Of a DNA stretch of 64,000 nt, positions 54,280 to 64,000 are shown piece by piece. The notes beneath the pieces are model-generated. The model ran no database searches. It was not told the DNA's origin and saw only the letters and a program-made list of their open reading frames with translations. Within the stretch, counting starts at the first letter, position 1. Each line of letters begins with the position of its first letter. The translations under genes and the position numbers were made by a program. The DNA is taken from NCBI GenBank assembly GCA_016715885.1, contig JADJXL010000022.1, positions 75,588 through 139,587 on the forward strand, written 5' to 3'. The stretch comes from Polyangiaceae bacterium (GTDB lineage: Bacteria > Myxococcota_A > Polyangia > Polyangiales > Polyangiaceae).

Positions 54280-55812
54280 TCACGGCATCGCCGGCGGCCT
54301 GACGTGGAAGCCGCAGCGATAGAAGGTGCTGGTGATGTCGGCGGCATTGGCCTGCGTCGCTTCGACCTTCATTTTGAGGCTCGTCGTGCCCGCGGGGACG
54401 GCAATTTCGTAGGCGAAGAGTTGCTTCGTTGCGGATTCGGTCAGATTGCCTTTGCCTGCGGCGAGGGGCATGTCGTCCGTACCGAGCGGCGTGACCTTGA
54501 AACCACGCAATGCCGAGCCGCCACGTTCGGATTCGCATGCAACGGAGAGCTGCGTCGATCCGGCAGGAACATCGATGCTGTAATAATCGATGTCGCCGGC
54601 CATGGCGATGTCGCCATCGACGAAGTAGCTCGCGCCTTCGGGTTGATTGGCCGATGCGGTCAAGGTAGCGGGCATGGCCGCGGCGTCGTTCGGTTCCACT
54701 TCGACGGGATTTCCCGATGAGACGTAGTGGTTGAAGAAGTAGAAATCGTTTGTCCCGGCCGTGGCACCTGTGGCGCGAGCCATGACGAACAGGTAATCTT
54801 TGCCGGGCTCGCAAGGCGCAGAGAGGTTCATGGGTTCGGGGGGGCCCAAGGTCGTGTCATAGACGTTGGGATCGACTTGCGCGATTTTGACCATGGGATC
54901 AGCCGCGTCGACCACGTATGCGACGACGTTCTTGTCGGCGCTGCTCCCATTACCTTGGGCGCTGGGATAGAAGAAGTTGAAATGGCATGCCGCGCGAGCA
55001 TCCGGATCGACTTTCACGCCGGCAGGCGCGGTGAAGGCCCACATGTCGACGTCCTTGTCGTCGGCAAAGGTGCCCCAGCCGAGGCTGCGATAAAGCGTTC
55101 CCATTTGAACGTTTTCGTAATCGACGGGACCCGCGGCGTCGCTTGGCTCCGTGCTCATTTCGCCCTGGATGCCCATGGCTGTTTCATTGAGCACCCCGGC
55201 GAGAATCGAGTAATCGCCCACGAGAATCTCTTCGACCGGCGAACATTGGCCGGGGAAGAGCACGTTGCATTCGGTGACTTCGACGCAATAGGTGCCCGTT
55301 TCCGGGAGGATCGTGTACATCGCGCTGTCGTTCGTGTACCGCGGCATGGGGTACGGATCGTCATTTTGGGCGATGTCGACCCAGCCGCCATTTGCGTCCT
55401 TTACTTTCAGCGTGATGACGAGATCCGGGTAGGCGGGATCGAATTCATCCACGTCGAGCTTCGAATCGGTGATGAGCGCAATGGCGTCGCCCGCCGTGCC
55501 TTCGAAGACGAAATAATCTTTGTCGTCTTGCGTTGCATCGGGCGGCAAGAAACTCCCCACATCGAGCGTGTCGCCGAAGGCAGGTTCGCCAAGCGCAATT
55601 TGGACTGCCGTATCACAATCGACGTTCGCGTCGGGCATGAATGGAGTGCCTGACGACGAGGACGAGCTCGACGATGACGAGCTGGACGAGCTGCTCGATG
55701 AGCTGCTGGATCCCGTCGTCGTTTGCGCCGGGTCATCCGAGCAGCCGGACGTAGCGGAAAGAGCGAGCAAGCCGGAAGATATGACAAACCCCAAAAGAAC
55801 CTTCGAACGCAT
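54280..55812 (-). CDS. Lipoprotein with poly-Ser linker (about 25 Ser) and beta-rich domains (PPC/pre-peptidase-C-terminal-like)
   Basis: GGAGG RBS. Signal [24 protein letters not shown], then [22 protein letters not shown], then [24 protein letters not shown]. Confidence 0.6.
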   Translation of the reverse strand: [510 protein letters not shown]

Positions 55813-55921
55813 GGGACCTCCGCGGGAAAATGAGAAGCACGGGCAGCCGCAAAACGCGACTGCGAGAAGCAATTCGATCACTACATCATCGAGGCTCGCG
55901 CTTCAAGCACGAAGAATGGTT

Positions 55922-56812
55922 TCAAACCACGGGCATTCCCATCGCGCGGCGCACGTCATTGAACGCATTCGTGAATCGTCCGTCTTTGCCTCGAAGAACG
56001 AGCGGGGGCTCGTCTTGAAGAGACACGCCTAGTTCAGCATTGGGTCTGCGCATGACGTAAACCGAAAAAAGCGCTTCTTTGCCTTCGCGCGGCACGATGT
56101 CGCGCCACTTTTCGACAACGAGCCCGGCGCGTGCCGCACCATCCAGCACGCGGGTGCGTTGTCGCGCCGCACAGCAGCCGACGAATGGCGCATCCGCGGA
56201 AAGAAGGCGCGACGCGGAAAGGGCGTAGTCTTCTACGCCGCCACGCCATTCGAATCGACACGGGCCGCATTGCACGCGGGAAGATTCCACACCCGTGCCA
56301 ATGGGCATGTACGGCGGAGTTCCCGTGACGAGATCCACTTGGCCAAACCTTTCGGCGAGCGCGGTATCACGCAAATCACCAAAAAATACATCGCAACGAT
56401 CATCGACTCCGTTCCATGCGAGCGACCTGCGAGCCAATCCAGCGCTGATGTCTTGGGCTTCGACGCCGGATACTCGCGCCGAAGGAAAACGCCAGGCAAG
56501 AAAAAGAAGCACCGTGCCAATGCCGCATCCGAGGTCGACGATGCGACGCGGTGGATTCGAGGTCACGGTTTCCGCAGCGTACCATGCGGTAACGAGGTCA
56601 TCGGCGGACCAGCGGTGGCCATCGATTCGCTGCAAAATACGAAAATCGCCTGCCAAGTAACAAAGATCCTCACCCTCGGCAGGCCAGACGTCTTCGCGAT
56701 CCGGCGTGTTTGGACGAGGGCCAGGCGCCACCCAATCGGCAGGACGGCGAGCAGGGCGAACGATACCGCCGGCAGGGGACTTGTTTTCGGCTGTGGCGAC
56801 CGAGGGAACCAT
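55922..56812 (-). CDS. Class I SAM-dependent methyltransferase (small-domain/N6-adenine-type, TPPY motif)
   Basis: VDLGCGIGTVLL (motif I) and GTPPYMP (motif IV-like). Confidence 0.75.
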   Translation of the reverse strand: MVPSVATAENKSPAGGIVRPARRPADWVAPGPRPNTPDREDVWPAEGEDLCYLAGDFRILQRIDGHRWSADDLVTAWYAAETVTSNPPRRIVDLGCGIGTVLLFLAWRFPSARVSGVEAQDISAGLARRSLAWNGVDDRCDVFFGDLRDTALAERFGQVDLVTGTPPYMPIGTGVESSRVQCGPCRFEWRGGVEDYALSASRLLSADAPFVGCCAARQRTRVLDGAARAGLVVEKWRDIVPREGKEALFSVYVMRRPNAELGVSLQDEPPLVLRGKDGRFTNAFNDVRRAMGMPVV

Positions 56813-56953
56813 GGGGCGCGATGTCTACCACGAGACCCGGGCCGCGTGCCATTGGTTGATGCATCAACATAAATTTCGCGTCTGACGCGAATGTGAGACC
56901 CACATAAAAGATCTCGGAAAACGCGAGCAAGGCTGATAATCTGCGTAGTCGCC

Positions 56954-58237
56954 ATGAAGACGACACCGATTCTTACTGCTTGTTGGATGGTCGCAGCAAC
57001 GTCGATTGGAGCTTTCGGGTGCTCGGGAGATGCACAGACGACCGCAGCCACAGGGGTGGGCGGGTCCGTGACGACGGGCACGGGGGGTGAAGCCGGGGCT
57101 GGCGGAGCGCCGACGGGATCTGGCGGCACTGGCGGCATGACGGGATCGAGCAGCAGCTCGGCAAGCAGTTCGTCGAGCAGCAGCAGCAGCACGAGCTCGG
57201 CAAGCAGTTCGAGTGGTATGGGCGGCGCTGGCGGCGCTGGCGGAGCTGGCGGAGGTGGCGGAGGTGGCGGTGCCGGTGGCGGAGGTGGCGCGGGTGGTGG
57301 CGGGCCGCTGACGGCATCGCAATGTTACGCCAACGTCTTCGTCAACGGTCAATCCGCGGGTCCGAATTACGATCAATTCAATCCAATCATCGGATCGCAT
57401 TGCTTCGGGACGAATCATCAGGACATCACGGGCATCGAGCGGGTGGTGTTCTTGGGTGATTCCGTGACGGTGGGGACACCACCGACGTTGTCAGCCGATT
57501 ATTATCGTTCGCAGCTCGCGGACAAACTGGCGCAGAAGTTCAGTCTAGCAGCACCAAACCAGCTCTGGAAGACAGTGAATTTCATCGATGGGGTGTCGCT
57601 GCTCGAGGAGTCCGGGCCGTTCGCGAGCTGTTCCAAGTGGGGCGCGCGCACGGACGATTTCCTCATGGGAGGCGGGCAAATCGCGAAATGCTTCGAATCC
57701 GACAAACTGAGCAAGCGGACGCTCGTGATTACGACGATGGGCGGTAACGACATTGCTTCCTTGACGAAAGATGCAGGCGACGGCGCAACGCAGATGGAGC
57801 TATGGAACAAGGCGCAAACGTTCGTGCAATACATGCGCGACACGATGGCGTGGTTCTATACGCCCGGACGTTTTCCGAATGGGATCTTCGTCGTTTTCGC
57901 GAACAATTACGAATTCACGGACGGAACGGCCGACGTGCAAACGTGTGACGTGTCGGGTCTGGCTGGCTTCGACAAACCCGTCCCAGCGCCCGAACAGCTC
58001 AAAGAAATCATCATTTGGGTGAACGAGCAATACATGGGCATCGCAAAGGAATTCAATTCGGACATGATTTTCCTGCTCGAGGAATTCTGCGGGCATGGGT
58101 TCGAGAATGAAAACCCGCAAGCGCCGTGTTATCGAGGACCGGGGACGCCGCGATGGTTCGACTTGACGTGCATCCATCCGAATCCGGCGGGACACGACCA
58201 CATCACGGACATGTTCATGGCGGTGGTGAACGAATGA
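56954..58237 (+). CDS. SGNH/GDSL-family hydrolase lipoprotein with Gly/Ser-rich linker
   Basis: Signal [23 protein letters not shown], a poly-Ser/Gly linker, then [11 protein letters not shown] (block I) and TMGGNDIAS (block III-like). Confidence 0.8.
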   Translation: [427 protein letters not shown]

Positions 58238-58914
58238 CGGAGCTCGTGGAGATAGCCGAAGGCATTTGGTGCGCAGAATCGGAAATGAAAATGCCCGGCG
58301 GCGTGCGCATGAATACGCGCATGACGGTCGTGCGTTCGTCGAATGGCAAGCTCTTCGTTCATTCGCCGATTCGGATGGATGAATCGCTCGGTAAAGCAAT
58401 CGATGAGCTCGGTGAAGTAGGGTGGATCGTTTCGCCAAACCGATTTCACCATTTGTTCTTCGGCAAATGCGCGGAGCGTTATCCGGGGGCTCGAACATTC
58501 GGGCCGCCAGGGCTCGCGGAAAAAGTTCCGGGGCTGCGTGTCGACGAAGTGTTGACGGATTCGGCACCGATCGAGTGGGCAGCCGATTTCGAGCAGATCG
58601 TGGTACAGGGAGCGCCGAAGATGTCGGAAGTTGCATTTTTGCACCAAGGCACGCGGACATTGATCGTGAGCGACTTGTTTTTCAATATCGTGCGGCCGGC
58701 GGGGCTGATGACGAAGGTGGTGCTCACGCTGATGGGCACGCGCGGGAAGCTCGCCAAAAGCCGATTGTGGTCGACGATGACGGAGGACAAGGCTGCTTTC
58801 GATGCGTCGGTGCGCAAGGTGCTCGAATGGGACTTCGATAGGCTCGTGATGGCGCACGGGGATGTCGTCGAAAAGGACGCACGGGCGAAGGCCAGGGCGG
58901 CGATGGGGATTTAA
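58234..58914 (+). CDS. DUF4336-like (MBL-fold-like) hypothetical protein
   Basis: ATGA overlap with the upstream SGNH gene stop. 226 aa. Pattern IWCAESEMKMPGGVRMNTRMTVVR...WIVSPNRFHHLF resembles DUF4336. Confidence 0.6.
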   Translation: MTELVEIAEGIWCAESEMKMPGGVRMNTRMTVVRSSNGKLFVHSPIRMDESLGKAIDELGEVGWIVSPNRFHHLFFGKCAERYPGARTFGPPGLAEKVPGLRVDEVLTDSAPIEWAADFEQIVVQGAPKMSEVAFLHQGTRTLIVSDLFFNIVRPAGLMTKVVLTLMGTRGKLAKSRLWSTMTEDKAAFDASVRKVLEWDFDRLVMAHGDVVEKDARAKARAAMGI

Positions 58915-58919
58915 GGGCG

Positions 58920-59100
58920 AATTGCGAGCGAGGTCTCAGCCCGATTTTCGCGGGCTCGAACAGTGGGGCCCCGCGATCGAGGTCTCAGCCCGATTTCCCG
59001 CACTCGCGGGACCCCAAACTCGCCCGCTTCGCGGGCTCGAACAGTGGGGCCCCCCCGCGAGCGCAGGAAATTCGGGCTGAGACCTCTTGTGCGAGCTTGT
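58920..59100. repeat. Composite palindromic element: two copies of GAGGTCTCAGCCCGATTT plus two CGGGCTCGAACAGTGGGGCCCC cores, closed by the reverse complement AAATTCGGGCTGAGACCTC
   Basis: Read directly in the convergent intergenic region between the 58234 gene and the SDR gene. Confidence 0.7.
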
Positions 59101-59155
59101 GGCCTGGTCAGGGAAGATCCGAGGCCAGCAACCCATCAATCCCACGGGCACGTTG

Positions 59156-59971
59156 TCATTTATCGAATTTGACGGGCGATACGCGCTGGGCTGCGCGTAC
59201 GACGGATGCGACGAGACGCGGCGTGTGGCGGCCGAGAAATACGCCGAGTTTGCCGTGCATGGTGACGATGCATTCGGGCTTTCGGCGCCAAATGCCGTCG
59301 ACCATTTGTGCCGCAGCTTCGTCGGTCGGCATGACGAGGAATTGCGGAATGGGGTCCTTGCCGTTTTCGCGCAAGTGACCTTTGTTGTCGATGAGGCGAA
59401 TTTCCGATTCGACGAAACCAGGCAAGATGAGCGTGACGCCGACGCCTTTGGGGGCAAGCTCGAGCTCGAGGCCCTGGGCGAGCGCCGCGACGGCTGCTTT
59501 GCTCATGGAGTAGTTGATGGTGCCGGGGGCGACGACGTGGCTGGCGACGCTGCCGATGATGGCGATGCGCCCGCGGGATCGTTCGACGTCGCCGAGCGTT
59601 GCGCGAATGGTGCGCAGCACGCCAAAAACGTTGGTCTCGAATTGACGGCGGAAGTCGTCGAGCTCGAGTTTGGCGAAGGCTCCCGTGATGCCAATTCCAG
59701 CATTGGCGACGACGACGTCGATGCGCCCGGCCGCATTGCGCACGGCTTCGACGGCGCGTTCGACGTCGCCGTCGCGCGTCACGTCGCATTCGAAGGGGAA
59801 GGCTTGTCGTCCGAGCGCGCGCACGTCGGAGGCGACGGAGTCGAGCGCATCTTTGCGGCGTGCGAGCAGCGCGACGTCGGCGCCTTCGGCGGCAAAGCGG
59901 CGGCACAAGGCAGCGCCAATGCCGGCGGAGGCGCCGGTGACGATGACGGTTTGTCCGAGAAAACGTCCCAT
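59156..59971 (-). CDS. SDR-family short-chain dehydrogenase/reductase
   Basis: TGASAGIG Rossmann motif, NAG, and catalytic S...YxxxK (SVASHVVAPGTINYSMSKAA). Confidence 0.85.
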   Translation of the reverse strand: MGRFLGQTVIVTGASAGIGAALCRRFAAEGADVALLARRKDALDSVASDVRALGRQAFPFECDVTRDGDVERAVEAVRNAAGRIDVVVANAGIGITGAFAKLELDDFRRQFETNVFGVLRTIRATLGDVERSRGRIAIIGSVASHVVAPGTINYSMSKAAVAALAQGLELELAPKGVGVTLILPGFVESEIRLIDNKGHLRENGKDPIPQFLVMPTDEAAAQMVDGIWRRKPECIVTMHGKLGVFLGRHTPRLVASVVRAAQRVSPVKFDK

Positions 59972-60027
59972 GGTGGCGCGAGCATGCCCGAAAACGGGCG
60001 ATGGGACAAGAGGAGCGTGATGGAACG

Positions 60028-60621
60028 TCAGACGGCGTCGTACATGGCGGCAAAGGAGGCGGCTTCGCCGCGCAGCAGAATGTCGATGCGGGGGCTCGTC
60101 ATGGCCGACGTGTGGAGTTTGGCCGATCGAACGTCGAGAATGGCGGGAACGAATTCGGGTTGCGATTCGCAAAGGCCTCGAGAAAGCAGCGCGAGAACGA
60201 GCGCCGTGCGTCGCGGGGTGAGGGGATCATTGCGGAAATAGAGTTTGACGAGGTGCTTTTTGCCGTCGATGACGAGACCAAGCTCGGGATTGATGTCGAC
60301 TTCGAGCGCGCCGAGCGAGAGGCCGGAACGCGGCGGCTCGAAGAAGTTTTTTGCGCCCTGGGCGAGAAAAGCGCGATATCCGTGGATGACGCGCGGATAA
60401 TGTTTTTTGCGTGTTTCGTCGGTTTCGTTCCGACAAACGTCATCGAGTGTCGTGGCGGACAAACCATGCCGATGCAGATTGACGATGGCTTCTCGGATGG
60501 GACGATAAAAGTCCGAGCACAAATCGTCTTTGCGCTCTTTGTAATCACGGACGCCGCGCAATTTGGGGGTGCCAGTGGCGAGGATGAAATCGACGAAATA
60601 CGTGAGCGAAATTCGGTCCAT
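60028..60621 (-). CDS. Hypothetical protein
   Basis: AGGAGG RBS 7 nt upstream of ATG. 198 aa (MDRISLTYFVDFILATGTPKLRG...). No family recognised. Confidence 0.5.
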   Translation of the reverse strand: MDRISLTYFVDFILATGTPKLRGVRDYKERKDDLCSDFYRPIREAIVNLHRHGLSATTLDDVCRNETDETRKKHYPRVIHGYRAFLAQGAKNFFEPPRSGLSLGALEVDINPELGLVIDGKKHLVKLYFRNDPLTPRRTALVLALLSRGLCESQPEFVPAILDVRSAKLHTSAMTSPRIDILLRGEAASFAAMYDAV

Positions 60622-61156
60622 CGGAATCCTCCTGGGTTGCTGAGACGAAGTGTCGCTGTGTCTACTGCTTAGACGAAATAATAACACCAGTATTTTCGAC
60701 TTGCACGGCTTTTTGAATACCCAAGGACAATAAATGTCCGGCCCATTAGGGTGACGAATAATGTCCGCTCGATGGATGGATGCATTGTGAAGGCTCGCGC
60801 CGAGCGTGCGTGGAACGGGGAGCGGCTGGCGATTCTGGAGCCGGTGCGCGGAGTGTAGCTCGGAGGACGACATGCTTCCCCTCGGTGCGAAATCTGCACG
60901 GCGATGAGGCGACGATCCGTCACATCGTCACGCGGCGAGCGTCGAGACGTCATGCCGCAAAGTGCTTTGCGTACGTAGGTGTGACCGAATGCGAGCTGTG
61001 CGGGTCGGAATCCTGCACGAAGTGCTTCCAATTCACGCCGAAGTCGGATAGAAGAGGTACGAGCATCGCGCATGCGCCGCCCGGTCACCTTGGTGAAAAA
61101 TTCCTTGCAATCAATAATTGTTGTAAAAGTTGGTCCGATCCGCCACGGCGTGGAGG

Positions 61157-64000
61157 AATGATGAAGCGCTCCGTACGTTACGCCTCGATTTTGGGAACAT
61201 TGCTCACGGCATCCGTGGTTCGTGCGGGCGGCCCCGATCTACCGGACTACAATGCGTACGAGGATGCGCCGGAGGTGGTGGATCAGCCGCTCGCGAGCAC
61301 TTTGGTTCCCGAGGGGATGGCGGCTGGGGTGGCGAGCATCGACGAGAAGCGCGGGGTGCCGACGATTTATTGGGCGCCGCAGGATGGGCCGCTTTCGCCG
61401 GGATCGTTTCTGTCGCGTCCCGAGGCGTCGGCGCGGTTTTACTTGGAGCATTATGCGCCGCTTTATGGTCTCGCATCGGGTGCGCTTTCCGTCGCGAAAG
61501 CCGTGATGGTGCACGACACGGGTCGTGGAGGGATCATTGTCGTGTTTCGTCAGCAAGCGGGCGGAATCGATGTGTTTCAGACCGAGGTCAAGGTTCTGAT
61601 GACACCGAACCACGAGCTCGTGGCCATTACCGGTAATTTGCATCCGCAGGCGGCCCCGAAAATGGGGCGCGCAGCAAAGTTTACTCTATTGCCGCAAGAT
61701 GCGATAGCGCGAGCATTCAATGACTTTTTCATGACGAAGGTGCCTCCCAGCGCATTTCTGGACGCGAACAGGCCTCGTCATGGGTATGCGTTTTACCGCC
61801 TCGTCGATACCACAGAGACGGGTCGCAAAAATATTGGTTTGTCCCGACCAGCACGCATCAAAAAGGTATATTACGCGATGCCGGGGGAGCTCGTCCCGGC
61901 ATATTATGTCGAAATCTGGGGCGGCGAAAGATCGGGCGCGAATTCGGTTTTGTATTCGTACGTGATCGCGGCCGACGATGGGCGGCTCTTGCAGCGTCGA
62001 AGTTTGACGCGAGATGCCGCATTTCAGTATCGGGTTTGGTCGGACGGGGCGCCGCTTCATACGCCGACCGATGGGCCCATTGCCGATTTTGCGCCGCATC
62101 CGACGGGCGTGCCGGATGGCTCGTTCCCACCATTTTCACTTCCGGTGCTCGTAACGGTGGACGGGTTCAATACGAACCCTTCAGGCACGTTCGATCCGTG
62201 GCTTCCGGCGGGCGCGACGGAGACGGTGGGCAACAACGTCGATGCGTACATCGATGCGGCGAATCAGGATGACCCCACGGCGCCGAATTTCAGGGCCAAT
62301 GTCACGGCGCCAGGGGTATTCGACCGGACGTACGACACGCTCGAGAGCCCATCGGTCAATCAAGAGCAGCAGAAGGCGTCGATCACGCAGCTTTTCTTCG
62401 ACAACAATTACCACCACGACTACTTTTACGATTCAGGCTTCGATGAAGCTGCCGGCAATGCCCAAATGGACAATTTTGGTCGCGGCGGCTTCGGCAATGA
62501 TCCGCTTCTCGCCGAGGGGCAGGATGGGAGCGGCACGGACAATGCCAATATGAGCACGCCTGGCGACGGGGATTCGCCGCGGATGCAAATGTACGTGTTC
62601 AGTGGCCTAGCCAATTTGAATTTTTCGGTGAATCCGGGCAATCAATCGTTTGGCGTGGGTACTGCGAGCTTTGGTCCGCAAACGTTCAATGTGGGGCCGG
62701 TGGAGTTGCTGCTCGCCGAAGACGGATCCACGGTGGATTTGGGTGGCGGAAATCCGACGGTGAACGACGCATGTCAGCCGCTCACGGGCGGAATGGGCAC
62801 GTATGGGGGCAAGATCATCCTGGCCGATCGCGGAGGCTGCACGGACAAAGTGCGCGTCACGAATGCGCAAGACGCTGGCGCTGCGGGCATCATCATTGCC
62901 AACAACGTTGCGGGCGGTGGAACGTTCAACGTGACGGCGAGCGGTGGCATGATCCCGCAAAATACGCCCATTTTTTCGATTGGTACGGCGAATGGTGCGG
63001 ACCTGAAGGCGCAATTGTCGATGCAATCGCTCACCGCATCGATGCTGCGCACTGGTGTCATTCAAAGGGACGGTACGATCGACAATGGCATCGTTGCACA
63101 TGAATGGGGGCATTATCTCCACTTCCGCTTGACGAGTCCCGGGACGCAGCAAGGTGGCGGCATGAGTGAAGGCTGGGGCGACGTGATTGCTTTGATGCAG
63201 CTCGTGCGCCCCGACGATGATTTCAACGGCGTTTTCGCGACGGGCATTTATGCCGCGCAGACGTTCCACGACAGCGGTTATTTCGGTATCCGCCGTTATC
63301 CTTACTCGACGGACTTCACGAAGAATGCGCTCACTTTCAAACACATATCGCAGGGACAAGCCTTGCCTGTCGGCGTGCCCTCGTCGAACATTTTTTCGAA
63401 CGATAATGCCGAAGTGCACAATGCGGGCGAAGTTTGGTGTTCAATGGTTTGGGAATCGTATGCCAACCTGCTCGAAGACACCGTTGGCGTCAATCCGCGG
63501 CATACGTTCGACCAGGCCAAACGAAAAATGGCCGATTATATCGTGGCCGGCATGAAGCTCGCGCCCGTCGACATGACGTTCACCGAGCAGCGCGACGGTA
63601 TTTTGGCAGCAGCCGTTGCAGGCGGCGACATGGAAGATTTCAATGATCTCACGGCGGGGTTTGCCGTGCGCGGTGCGGGTTCGTGTGCCGTGTCGCCGTC
63701 GCGAAATTCGACGACGCTCACGGGGGTCGTGGAGAGTTTTTCATCCAATCCCAATGCATCCTTCGTGTCGCTCGTGCTGAGCGAATCGACGCCGAATTGT
63801 GACGGTGATGGCGTGCTCGATGCGGGCGAAATGGGGCAAGTCGCGATCAACGTGCAAAATACGGGATGGGCGCCGCTCGTGGGCGCGACGGTGACGCTCA
63901 CGTCGAGCGATCCGAGCATCCTTTTTCCGAATGGCAATACGGTGAATCTGCCTTCCACGAATGCTTATGCGACGAGCACCGCATTCGTCGATGTCGCGCT
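61157..64000 (+). CDS. Secreted M36 (fungalysin-type) metallopeptidase with FTP propeptide and PA domain, 3' end outside the window
   Basis: GGAGG RBS. Signal MMKRSVRYASILGTLLTASVVRA. FTP-like propeptide, PA domain GGKIILADRGGCTDKVRVTNAQDAGAAGIIIAN, HExxH zinc site VAHEWGHYLHFR. Open to the window end (948 codons). Confidence 0.85.

Noticed and set aside
58940-59065. Possible tRNA because of the GGCTCGAACAG motif
   Set aside because: The motif does not match the tRNA T-arm consensus (GGTTCGAATCC). No cloverleaf can be drawn, and the sequence is part of nested inverted repeats.
60669-61088. 139-aa minus-strand ORF in the lower-GC region upstream of the M36 protease
   Set aside because: It is Arg/Ser-rich and low-complexity, has no RBS, and lies in a probable divergent promoter region. 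Codon usage is unlike the neighbouring genes.

Overview
This is a high-GC (about 65-70%) stretch of a myxobacterial-type chromosome, with the codon usage, MYXO-CTERM-like tails, DUF4388, Ser/Thr-kinase-AAA-TPR giants and Cys-rich repeat proteins typical of Sorangium/Polyangium-like genomes. The window opens in the conserved rpoB-rpoC core (rpoB truncated at the 5' edge). The remainder is accessory: a c-di-GMP-type signalling protein (MshEN-like/HD-GYP-like/pseudo-receiver/DUF4388), panB, a DUF58-BatA(vWA) pair with no MoxR, an MFS transporter, Lon protease, and two paralogous ~1285-aa Ser/Thr kinase-AAA-TPR proteins. There are many secreted or lipoprotein genes, including three Cys-rich tandem-repeat proteins, an FGE/SUMF-like lipoprotein, a cytochrome-P460-like protein, an SGNH hydrolase, M23-like and M36 (fungalysin-type, 3'-truncated) peptidases, a TetR regulator, an SDR and a methyltransferase. 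The most unusual content is as follows. (1) A convergently transcribed pair of a MutS-domain-V-only ATPase and a ~930-aa protein that reads as a bacterial major vault protein (MVP) homologue. (2) A ~1.24 kb near-identical direct repeat (two full copies plus a third partial one) carrying an Rpn/YhgA-like PD-(D/E)xK 'putative transposase' gene with a DUF4351-like C-terminus; the repeat dragged the 5' end of a kinase gene with it and brackets a ~4 kb cassette (Cys-rich secreted protein translationally coupled to the FGE-like lipoprotein). (3) Three homopolymeric G tracts of about 45-65 nt that destroy a paralogue of a secreted-protein gene. These are most likely assembly artefacts, but they are striking. 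(4) Several families of intergenic palindromic elements (REP-like, MITE-like) and short tandem repeats. Several genes, all on the + strand, show apparent frameshifts at G-runs, so local sequence quality is uncertain. No rRNA, tRNA or CRISPR array was recognised.
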